Below, piece after piece: positions 50,160 to 58,507 of a DNA stretch of 64,000 nt (the stretch's first letter is position 1; every line of letters begins with the position of its first letter). This DNA is from Bacteroidales bacterium (GTDB lineage Bacteria; Bacteroidota; Bacteroidia; Bacteroidales; Bacteroidaceae). Below the pieces are notes generated by a model. That model did not search any database. It had not been told where the DNA came from and was given only the letters and a program-made list of their open reading frames with translations. Both the position numbers and the translations under genes were made by a program. The stretch spans positions 11,429 to 75,428 of the forward strand of contig SFCP01000005.1 in the NCBI GenBank assembly GCA_004558535.1, given 5' to 3'.

Positions 50160-51502
50160 AGACACTGAACCATTGCATCACGCATCTGCTACTCACAGTA
50201 GTACTCCTTCTCGGCTTCACAGCCTGTGCCAATGATGACCCGCACGAACACGAGCGCGAGGGTGGCGTGACAATCGCCCTCGACAACAGCCGCTGCCCCA
50301 AGGTTCCCGTCGGGCATACCTATTTATACATATACGACACCGGCGGCCACCTCTGCGCCACCTACGACTATGCCGATGCCCGTGCCGTTGCTTTCGCCCT
50401 CCTGCCGTTAGCGGCAGGGCACTATACGGTGGCAGCCGTCATCAATGCGGATGAAGCACCCACGGAGACTGCCACACTGACAGCCCTGCATGAGTGGGCA
50501 GCAGCACAGTCTGGCATCGACAGCGACCTGCTCTCAGGCATTGCAGATGTGGATGTGGCGGAAAACAGAGTGGTGCGTGCCGTCATTCCTTTATATCAGG
50601 AAGCCTTCTCCCTGCCTGTGCTCAGTGTGAGGTTCACTATGCCCGAAACGGGAATGACAGACTTCACTCCGCAGCAGGTGAAAACCCGTGCCGCCGCAGC
50701 TGGCTATACCTTGCGCTGTGTGGCAGAGCTTTGCAAGGCAGGGACCGACCAGGTAGTGCTGCACAAGGTGCTCACGCCCGAACTACAGGAGGACGGCACC
50801 TATCGGGTGGAGCTGCAACTCTCCGAAGGCGACTACGACCTGCGCCTCTGGGCCGACTATGCCCGTACAGACGCACCGCTCGCCGATACCTACTACCACA
50901 CCGAAAGTCTGAAGGCCATGACCCTCTTCACCGAACCCTACACGGCTAACACTGATGCCAAGGATGTGGCCTACGGCAACGAAAGCGGCATCGCGCTCCC
51001 CAAAGCTGGCGCAACGGTCACGATGCCTATGCAGCGCCCATTGGCGAAATACCGCATCATCGTAGATGCCGACGAGATAGCCGAATATCAGAAAATGCGG
51101 AAGGTCAGTCCGCAGGAGTTCCCGCCCATTGAGGAACTGACGGTGAGCGTACAGTATGAGGGCTATTTCCCGTCGGGCTTCAATGTATCAACAGGAAAGC
51201 CCAACGATGCCTTGGTTGGTATTGCCTACAGCGGATCGCTCAGCCATTACGATGGTTCTGCCGCAGAGCTGGAACTGGGCAGCGACTGGATATTGGTGAA
51301 TGGCAACTCCTCATTTGTCAGTGCCACGGTCATCGTCTCAGACAGCCAAGGCAATGCGATATGCCGAGTACCGGGCACGCAGATTGACTATCGCCGCAAT
51401 CAGCTGACCACCGTCAGTGGACGATTCCTCACCTCGGGAACCAACAGTGGAGGAATATGCATCGACACAAGATGGGACGGTGTCTATGATGTATGGTTTT
51501 GA
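50156..51502 (+). CDS. Fimbrial-type lipoprotein (FimB/Mfa2-like N-terminus plus DUF6562-like domain)
   Basis: Lipobox FTAC, TRA processing-like motif, LRCV.E, Y.LRLWADY, RPLAKY, RNQLT.V.G.FLT, IDT.W. Confidence 0.65.
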   Translation: MKTLNHCITHLLLTVVLLLGFTACANDDPHEHEREGGVTIALDNSRCPKVPVGHTYLYIYDTGGHLCATYDYADARAVAFALLPLAAGHYTVAAVINADEAPTETATLTALHEWAAAQSGIDSDLLSGIADVDVAENRVVRAVIPLYQEAFSLPVLSVRFTMPETGMTDFTPQQVKTRAAAAGYTLRCVAELCKAGTDQVVLHKVLTPELQEDGTYRVELQLSEGDYDLRLWADYARTDAPLADTYYHTESLKAMTLFTEPYTANTDAKDVAYGNESGIALPKAGATVTMPMQRPLAKYRIIVDADEIAEYQKMRKVSPQEFPPIEELTVSVQYEGYFPSGFNVSTGKPNDALVGIAYSGSLSHYDGSAAELELGSDWILVNGNSSFVSATVIVSDSQGNAICRVPGTQIDYRRNQLTTVSGRFLTSGTNSGGICIDTRWDGVYDVWF

Positions 51503-51543
51503 AGAAATTAAATTATAGTAATACATAATAAAATAGTTCGATT

Positions 51544-52377
51544 ATGAAGAAGATTCTATCTTTGATGATGGGCATAGCAGCTATGTTCGCATCGTGCAGT
51601 CAGAGCGAAGAGCCGGTGACTCAAAACAACAGTGACAAACAAGTGACTTTCTCGCTTACGGCAGACAACGGAGTACAGACCCGTGCTACCGGCACCCTGC
51701 GCTACGTGATGGCCATCTACGACGAGACAAATACAAACGTCGTGGTAGCTGCAACGGAGTTCAGCAGCGGCACCTTTGCAGTGAGATTGGACCCCGGCAC
51801 ATATACCTGCCTCTTCTGGGCGGACTATGGCAGCACAAACTACGATGCCTCTGACCTGAAAAATGTAGCTCTCCAAGATGCAGCCACCGAAGTCGAAGCC
51901 TTCTATGCCAAGAAGGTGATTACCGTCACCGACGGAGGAACGGAAAATGTCAATCTCGGACGTGCCGTGGCAAAAATTGTGCTGAACGAGACTGACCGTA
52001 TAGAGGAAGGCTCTGTCACGGTGACCTACGATGGGTTCAAGGGCTTCGATGTGTCTCAGGGAACAGGACTCAATCCGTCAACGCTCACCCAGACTATTTC
52101 TGTCCCGTCAATCATCACAGGCTCTACCACCACTCCTTCCGAAGTGGGCAGCTTCCTGCTGTTGGCTAATTCTTCCGAGCGTGATCTCACTACCTTCAAG
52201 GTGCAGTATCAGAAGACAGGAAAGGTCAGCGAAGCCGAAAAGACCATCTCCAACGTCCCCGTACAGGCCAACTATGTGACCAACATCAACGGCAAGTTCA
52301 GTGTGAACGTGGGACAGTCGTTCTCAATCACTGTCAATGACGCGTGGGAATCTACGGATAAGAATCTTGGTTTCTAA
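51544..52377 (+). CDS. DUF6562-like fimbrial-type lipoprotein (type A)
   Basis: Lipobox FASC, QTRA, LRYVMAIYD, YTCLFWADY, EAFYA, L.RAVAK, NVPVQANYVTNING. Confidence 0.7.
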   Translation: MKKILSLMMGIAAMFASCSQSEEPVTQNNSDKQVTFSLTADNGVQTRATGTLRYVMAIYDETNTNVVVAATEFSSGTFAVRLDPGTYTCLFWADYGSTNYDASDLKNVALQDAATEVEAFYAKKVITVTDGGTENVNLGRAVAKIVLNETDRIEEGSVTVTYDGFKGFDVSQGTGLNPSTLTQTISVPSIITGSTTTPSEVGSFLLLANSSERDLTTFKVQYQKTGKVSEAEKTISNVPVQANYVTNINGKFSVNVGQSFSITVNDAWESTDKNLGF

Positions 52378-52475
52378 CGAAGTATTATTCTCCAGGCACG
52401 ATTAGTCACAGTCGGTGAGGTTGCAATAATGCACTTATATTTTCGAATGAAAAGGTTGCAAGCAAAGAAAAACGT

Positions 52476-54287
52476 ATGAAATCAAAAGGATTATCGAATA
52501 CATTGCTATGGCTGCTCGGTCTTGTGGCCATGCTCTCATCGTGCAGCGAAGTAGAGGAGATGGTCGCCTATGACGCGCATAATGTGACCTTCTCGCTCTC
52601 TGCCGATGGGGAGGAGGCGACGCGCAGTACTGCAGCCGTCACCCGATATGTGATGGCTATCTATGACGAGACGGGCGAGAACAAGGTGGTGTCGGAAAAA
52701 GAGTTTGACAGCAATACGTTCTCCGTCCGTCTCGACGCAGGCAAATACACCTGCCTCTTCTGGGCAGACCATGGCAGTGCCAACTACGATGCTGCCGACC
52801 TGACCGCCATCACGGCCAAGGCCAACAGTGCCGACGATGCCAATGCCGAAGCCTTCTATGCCAAGCAGGTCATCACCGTCACCGATGGCAGCGTGGTGGA
52901 CATCACGCTGCGCCGTGCCGTGGCGCAGGTCATCTTGCGAGAGACCTCCGAATTATTTACAGGAACGCTCACTGTCAGCTACACTGCCTACCAGAACTTC
53001 AATGTTGGCACCGGCGTAGCGTCCAACGAGGCAAGTGTCACACATACCTTCTCCGTGGCTTCTAAGATTACAGGCTCTGTTTCCTCTCCTGCAGAGGTAT
53101 GCAGCCTCTTCCTCTTGGCGAACAGCGACGAGAACCAACTCGGCGACTTTAAGGTGAAATACGAAGATGATGATGAAATAACCATTTCCAACGTGCCCAT
53201 TCAAGCCAACTGCAAGACCAATCTGAACGGCAAGTTCGGAGAGAAGATTCCTTATGTCACCTTCTCTGCTGCAAGCGAGCAGACTTTTTTTGTTCTTAAC
53301 GACGGCTTTTATTTGGGAGCAGATGAATATTTCGAATATTCCGTAGGCGGTGGCAGTTGGACGAAGTTTACTGATGAGATACTCAGCGGTGTTCCTTTTG
53401 GCGGTGACAAAGGCAATCTGCGCCTCCGCGGCAAGAGCAGTCAAGGAACAGCGCGGGATATTTATGCTGGTTGCCTCACAATTAGTTTTGGAACACCTGG
53501 CATCCTGGTAGATTGCAGAGGTGATATCCGTACTCTCATCGATTATGAGAATTACGAAACCGCAAACACAACAAATGCAATGTTTTCTTATCTGTTTCAA
53601 GGCAATAATCTTTTGAGGACAGCTCCGACACTTCCTGCCACGACATTGGCAAATTATTGTTATTATGGTATGTTCACAGGTTGCACCGCACTCATTGCAG
53701 CCCCGGAACTCCCTGCCACGACGTTAGCCGAGGGATGTTATGGTTCAATGTTCGGAGGGTGCACCTCTCTCACCACAGCCCCGGAACTCCCTGCCACGAC
53801 GTTAGCGGGGGTATGTTATGACTCAATGTTCGGAGAGTGCACCTCTCTCACCACAGCCCCGGAACTCCCTGCCACGACATTGGCAGCAGGTTGTTATGGC
53901 TATATGTTTAGAGGTTGCACCGCACTTACTGCAGCCCCGAAACTTCCTGCCACAAAATTAGCAACTGAATGTTATTCTTTAATGTTCAAAGGGTGTACCT
54001 CGCTCATCACCGCTCCGAAACTTCCTGCCACAACATTGACACCTTTCTGTTATTGTAGAATGTTCGAGGACTGCAAAAAGCTATTAGAGGTCAAGATGCT
54101 GGCAACGGATGTAAGTGAAAATTATTGCTTGGATAATTGGTTAAAAAATGCAGGCACAGAGGCCTCATCGCGCACTTTGACAGTGGCTAATCAAGATATA
54201 TACAATACAATGAGTGCTGATCCCAAGATTCTTCCCGAAATTTGGAGACAAGGTGCTACGGGCACTACCGTGAATTTCCTGAAATGA
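52476..54287 (+). CDS. DUF6562-like lipoprotein with a C-terminal 26-aa leucine-rich-repeat domain (type B)
   Basis: Lipobox LSSC; same N-terminal motifs as type A; repeats APELPATTLAxxCYxxMFxGCTSLTT. Confidence 0.8.
   Translation: MKSKGLSNTLLWLLGLVAMLSSCSEVEEMVAYDAHNVTFSLSADGEEATRSTAAVTRYVMAIYDETGENKVVSEKEFDSNTFSVRLDAGKYTCLFWADHGSANYDAADLTAITAKANSADDANAEAFYAKQVITVTDGSVVDITLRRAVAQVILRETSELFTGTLTVSYTAYQNFNVGTGVASNEASVTHTFSVASKITGSVSSPAEVCSLFLLANSDENQLGDFKVKYEDDDEITISNVPIQANCKTNLNGKFGEKIPYVTFSAASEQTFFVLNDGFYLGADEYFEYSVGGGSWTKFTDEILSGVPFGGDKGNLRLRGKSSQGTARDIYAGCLTISFGTPGILVDCRGDIRTLIDYENYETANTTNAMFSYLFQGNNLLRTAPTLPATTLANYCYYGMFTGCTALIAAPELPATTLAEGCYGSMFGGCTSLTTAPELPATTLAGVCYDSMFGECTSLTTAPELPATTLAAGCYGYMFRGCTALTAAPKLPATKLATECYSLMFKGCTSLITAPKLPATTLTPFCYCRMFEDCKKLLEVKMLATDVSENYCLDNWLKNAGTEASSRTLTVANQDIYNTMSADPKILPEIWRQGATGTTVNFLK
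53620..54080. repeat. 78-bp coding tandem repeats (LRR units)
   Basis: About 6 units; GCCCCGGAACTCCCTGCCACGAC recurs at 53700, 53778 and 53856. Confidence 0.85.
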
Positions 54288-54325
54288 GTATCCACAAAGA
54301 TGAAATTAAAAATTAAATTTGTATT

Positions 54326-56035
54326 ATGAAGAAAATTCTTTCTTTGATGCTGGGCATAGCAGCTATGTTTGCATCGTGCAGTCAGAGTGAAGAACTGACG
54401 GCAGAAAACAACAGTGCCAAGGAAGTGACTTTCTCGCTTACGGCAGACAACGGAGTGCAGACACGTGCCGCCGGCACCCTGCGTTATGTGATGGCCATCT
54501 ATGATGAGTCGGGACAGACGGAAGTGTTACCGGCTACGGAGTTCAGCAGCAGCACCTTTGCCGTGAGACTGGACCCGGGCAAATACACCTGCCTCTTCTG
54601 GGCGGACTATGGCAGCACTAACTACAATGCCACGAATCTGAAAAGCGTAGCCCTGCAGGATGCAGCGCCCGAAGTGGAAGCCTTCTATGCCAAGCAGGGC
54701 ATCACCGTCACCGACGGAGGTACGATAAACGTCACGCTCAGTCGTGCAGTGGCAAAAGTGACATTGAATGAAACCGACCGACTGGTAGCAGGCTCCATCA
54801 AGGTGACCTACGACGGGTTCAAGGGCTTCGACGTTTCTTCAGGAAATGGTATCAATTCGGCAACGCTCACACAGACTCTCCCTATTGCCACTACAATCAC
54901 AGGCACAGTCGCTAATCCCACCAAAGTGGGCGAATTCCTGCTGTTGACCAATGCTGACGAGCGCGTTCTTAGCGATTTCAGGGTGCAGTATAACAGCGAA
55001 GCCGAAAAGACCATCTCCAACGTCCCCGTACAGGCCAACTACGTCACCAACATCAATGGTAAGTTTAGCGTGAACGTAAATCAGCCGTTCAACATCAGCA
55101 TCAACGATGTCTGGGCTACTACAGACAAAGAGATTGATTTTCCGCCATATATCACATTCTCTGCCGCCAGCCAGCAAACGTTCGGAATGAAATTCGATGC
55201 ATATAGTGTGAATGGTACATTTGCTTTGGGATTGGGCGAATATTTCGAGTACTCCGTAGGCGATGGTAACTGGCAACGGTTTACAAACTCAGTCAGTGGT
55301 ATTGCCTTTGGAGGCACATTGGGTGACCTCCGTCTGCGTGGCAAAAGCAGCCAGGGTACTACATCTCTAGTACCTTACTGTTATTCATCTATCTCTTTCG
55401 GAAATTCAAATATTCCTGTTAGCTGCAAGGGTGACATCCGCACACTTGTTGACTATGAGAACTTCAATACTGCAAATACCTCCAATGCACGATTTCATTT
55501 CTTGTTCTATAGTTGCGCCTCTCTCACCACTCCCCCAGAACTACCTGCCATGAATCTAGCTTCGCAATGTTATAAGGGCATATTCTACGGTTGCACCTCT
55601 CTCACCACAGCACCGGAACTACCTGCCACAACTTTGGCTGAGGGATGTTATCAGGGCATGTTCTATAATTGCGCCTCTCTCACCACCGCTCCGAAATTAC
55701 CTGCTACGACACTAGCAGATCACTGTTATCGCCAAATGTTCTACGGTTGCACCTCTCTCACCACAGCACCTGAGCTTACAGCCGAGACATTGGCAGAGGG
55801 GTGTTACTTTATGATGTTCTCCAGTTGCACCAAGTTGTCTAAGGTAAAAATGCTCGCAACGGATGTAACTGCAGATGGGTGTTTCGATGATTGGCTTTTT
55901 AATGCAGGCACTGAAGCGTCTTCTCGTACACTGATATTGTATAACAGCTCAGTGTATGATGAATTAATCAACCGTGCCTATCTTTTTGACAATTGGAGAG
56001 ATGGTCAGGCAACTATCCAGTACACGAACCCATAA
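54326..56035 (+). CDS. DUF6562-like lipoprotein with a C-terminal LRR domain (type A N-terminus fused to type B C-terminus)
   Basis: First ~270 aa align with the whole 51544 gene; the rest aligns with the 52476 gene from PYVTFSAAS onward. Confidence 0.8.
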   Translation: MKKILSLMLGIAAMFASCSQSEELTAENNSAKEVTFSLTADNGVQTRAAGTLRYVMAIYDESGQTEVLPATEFSSSTFAVRLDPGKYTCLFWADYGSTNYNATNLKSVALQDAAPEVEAFYAKQGITVTDGGTINVTLSRAVAKVTLNETDRLVAGSIKVTYDGFKGFDVSSGNGINSATLTQTLPIATTITGTVANPTKVGEFLLLTNADERVLSDFRVQYNSEAEKTISNVPVQANYVTNINGKFSVNVNQPFNISINDVWATTDKEIDFPPYITFSAASQQTFGMKFDAYSVNGTFALGLGEYFEYSVGDGNWQRFTNSVSGIAFGGTLGDLRLRGKSSQGTTSLVPYCYSSISFGNSNIPVSCKGDIRTLVDYENFNTANTSNARFHFLFYSCASLTTPPELPAMNLASQCYKGIFYGCTSLTTAPELPATTLAEGCYQGMFYNCASLTTAPKLPATTLADHCYRQMFYGCTSLTTAPELTAETLAEGCYFMMFSSCTKLSKVKMLATDVTADGCFDDWLFNAGTEASSRTLILYNSSVYDELINRAYLFDNWRDGQATIQYTNP

Positions 56036-56053
56036 AAAAGAACAAATAATGGT

Positions 56054-56097
56054 AGGAGGCTGCAAGCGGCAACGAAATGCCATTTGCAGCCTTCTTT
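56054..56097 (+). terminator. Intrinsic terminator candidate after the lipoprotein cluster
   Basis: AGGAGGCTGCAA / TTGCAGCCTTCT stem followed by T residues. Confidence 0.6.
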
Positions 56098-56227
56098 GCG
56101 TTTGTGTATATGCTAACTACAAACCAACTTCCGTGAACCACAAACTAACTTTGGCAATAGGCATAGATAGTCGTTTGTTTGCACTCTGGTTAAAACAAAT
56201 GACTATGAATAATATACAAAAAGTATT

Positions 56228-56332
56228 ATGAAGAAGATTCTTTCTTTGATGCTGGGCATAGCAGCTATGCTTGCATCGTGCAGTCAGAGCGAAGAACTCA
56301 ATAATAATGAATATATGAGACTAATAGTATAA
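56228..56332 (+). pseudogene. Truncated third copy of the type A gene start (signal peptide only)
   Basis: MKKILSLMLGIAAMLASCSQSEEL, then 10 unrelated codons and TAA; ~70 bp nearly identical to the starts at 51544 and 54326. Confidence 0.8.
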
Positions 56333-56767
56333 TGAAGAAAATTCCACATATAAATATCCTTTGGAATTGCTTACATTATGCCACTGAAGCATTGTCTGGC
56401 AGAGCTGTCTGTGCTGTGCTGAAGTAAATAGTAATATCATAATCATAACATTAACATAGGGCTGCACGTGGCTACATGCTGCTTGCAGCCCTTGCTGTAT
56501 TCTGGAAGAGAATGTTGGTTTTGATTTGGGTGGATAGCGTTGAGCGATTGGGTGGATTAGTTCCACCCAATCATGTATTCCCATGTAGCTTTGCAGTTCT
56601 AAAAAACATCAAACTGCAAATGGAGACAACAGAAGAATTGATGTCTCACCAGTGGGACATCCTCGTTGTACGCTCTCGCCCCTTGGATCGGAGGGGCGCT
56701 TCTGTTGGGCCTGTCAAAATCGTGCCGAATCTTACTTGTTAAATTCACAACTAAGGATGGTCGGTAT

Positions 56768-56903
56768 TATCACGCGCGCGCGTATTACGTATTTAATACC
56801 CCGAAAAATGGTGCAAACCCTACACCCGGGTATCTAATCAGTTGCTTGTCAGTTTGTAACGGGTGAATGGTTGGTCCGGCAAACTATACACCAACTGTTC
56901 ACC
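56768..56903 (-). repeat. GGTGTATAGTT-box element, copy 2 (inverted)
   Basis: Boxes at 56893-56903, 56882-56892, 56862-56872 (inverted) and 56812-56826; CACGCGCGCGCGTA tract at 56771. Confidence 0.8.
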
Positions 56904-56945
56904 GCCATTTGTAAATTTTAGCCAACGTATCCGAGCCGGATGCGG

Positions 56946-57075
56946 GGTGGAGGGTCGGTGGAGGGTTGTGAAGCATTCTCGGGAACCAACCCTTCACACG
57001 AATGTGCTGATACACAGCATGAAATTTTCACGGTGAAGGGTGTGGAGGTTTTTTCGGACCTGAAAAATGCGTAAT
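56946..57075 (+). repeat. Variant box element (GGTGGAGGGTT), copy 3
   Basis: Boxes at 56946, 56957, 56988 (inverted, AACCCTTCAC) and 57032. Confidence 0.65.
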
Positions 57076-57148
57076 AAGATAGTGTGCTCCCGCCCTTTTT
57101 CGGCTTAAAAGGATGCTGCGGAGAACTGTCGGGCACTTGCGCGAAACC

Positions 57149-57334
57149 AAGTGCCCGATAGTTTTTTCTAAGTGCCTTGTAGTTTTTTCTAAGTGCCTTG
57201 TGGTTTTTTCTAAGTGCCTTGTAGTTTTTCTAGGTGCCTTGTAGTTTTTTTCTAAGTGCCTTGTAGTTTTTTTCTAAGTGCCTTGTAGTTTTTTCTAAGT
57301 GCCTTGTAGTTTTTTCTAAGTACTACTTGGTTTT
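57149..57334 (+). repeat. Tandem array E: 8 units of AAGTGCCTTGTAGTTTTTTCT (20-22 bp) plus a degenerate ninth
   Basis: Units start at 57149, 57170, 57191, 57212, 57232, 57254, 57276, 57297 and 57318; same unit as in modules A-D. Confidence 0.95.
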
Positions 57335-57368
57335 AGGCAATTGCCTTGCAGTTTTATCGGGAACCGCG

Positions 57369-57520
57369 GGTGTACAGTTGGTGTATAGTTTGCCGGGCCA
57401 ACCCTACACCAGGCTCTCCGCTAAGGATGAGCGGCTTACGGGCGCCGGTGTATAGTTTGCACAAAAAATCGAGGAAATAAAATCCGTAATGCGCGCGTAC
57501 GCGTGGGCGCGCGTCTCCTT
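57369..57520 (+). repeat. GGTGTATAGTT-box element, copy 4
   Basis: Boxes at 57369, 57380, 57400 (inverted) and 57447; TGCGCGCGTACGCGTG tract at 57490. Confidence 0.8.
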
Positions 57521-57778
57521 ATTTCTTACGTCGAGGCCATGGTCAGTCCCTGTGGGAGGGCGTCCGGGCACACGGAGGCAAGTCCGGGTCGCCTCTCCGA
57601 AAATCTCACAAGAAATCGTCCGAAATGCTTGGCGGGAAAGAAATAAAGGCGTATATTCGCCCTTGAAAAGGCAGCATGCAGTCTGTGTGAGGCCCTTTCT
57701 GCGGGCAAAGCCTGCGTGATATAATCTATACGTGTACGGAACTTGCTCCCGCCGTGGAGCCAAAACAAGGAGGTAACT

Positions 57779-58075
57779 ATGGAAATCAGAGTTCAATCCA
57801 TCCATTTCAACGCAACGGAGAAGTTGCAAGCGTTCATTGAAAAGAAAGTAGGGAAATTTGCCAAGAGCTGCGAGGACGGCAAGGCCGAAGTCGTACTGAA
57901 AGTGGTAAAGCCCGAGACCGCCATGAATAAAGAAGTACAAATCCGCCTGAGCCTGCCCGGAGGCAGCCTGCAGGCCGAGAAGGTGTGCGACACTTTCGAG
58001 GAAGGCGTGGACCAGTGCTGCGAGGCGTTGCAGCGCCAAGTGGAGAAATTCAAGGAAAAACAACGGGCGAAATAA
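57779..58075 (+). CDS. hpf: Ribosome hibernation-promoting factor HPF/RaiA
   Basis: MEIRVQSIHFNATEKLQAFIEKKV, LKVVKPETAMNK, EKVCDTFEEGVD. Confidence 0.92.
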   Translation: MEIRVQSIHFNATEKLQAFIEKKVGKFAKSCEDGKAEVVLKVVKPETAMNKEVQIRLSLPGGSLQAEKVCDTFEEGVDQCCEALQRQVEKFKEKQRAK

Positions 58076-58179
58076 AAAAAATCAGCAAAAACTTTTGCAG
58101 GTAAAAAATAATATCTAACTTTGCAGCCGTTTCGGGGAGGTTTCCCGGCGGCTGCAAAATTTCCACCGCAAAGAAACAC

Positions 58180-58262
58180 GGGCAAATACCAGAGTGGCCA
58201 AATGGGGCAGACTGTAAATCTGCTGGCTTACGCCTTCGGTGGTTCGAATCCATCTTTGCCCA
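58180..58262 (+). tRNA. tRNA-Tyr (GTA)
   Basis: Acceptor stem GGGCAAA/TTTGCCC, anticodon loop CTGTAAA, long variable arm, GGTTCGAATCC. Confidence 0.97.
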
Positions 58263-58271
58263 CTAAGGAAT

Positions 58272-58347
58272 GCGGAAATAGCTCAGTTGGTAGAGCACTA
58301 GCCTTCCAAGCTGGGGGTCGCGAGTTCGAGCCTCGTTTTCCGCTCCA
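58272..58347 (+). tRNA. tRNA-Gly (TCC)
   Basis: Acceptor stem GCGGAAA/TTTCCGC, anticodon loop CTTCCAA, encoded CCA. Confidence 0.97.
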
Positions 58348-58350
58348 AAT

Positions 58351-58422
<72 letters not shown>

Positions 58423-58507
58423 CAAGTTTTTTATGAAATGACTGAAAGAACTTTTCATAAATAGCGCGTTACAATCAGAAAATTCATTCATAAATTAGTA
58501 ATAAGCT

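Noticed and set aside
52476..56035. Diversity-generating retroelement acting on the LRR genes
   Set aside because: No reverse transcriptase and no template/variable repeat pair differing only at adenines is visible in this window.
48586..57100. Accessory cluster as an intact mobile element or prophage
   Set aside because: No integrase, transposase, relaxase, phage genes or att-like flanking direct repeats were found, despite the lower GC content.
57149..57334. 21-bp arrays as CRISPR arrays
   Set aside because: Units are head-to-tail with only a 4-nt variable core; there are no unique spacers and no cas genes in the window.
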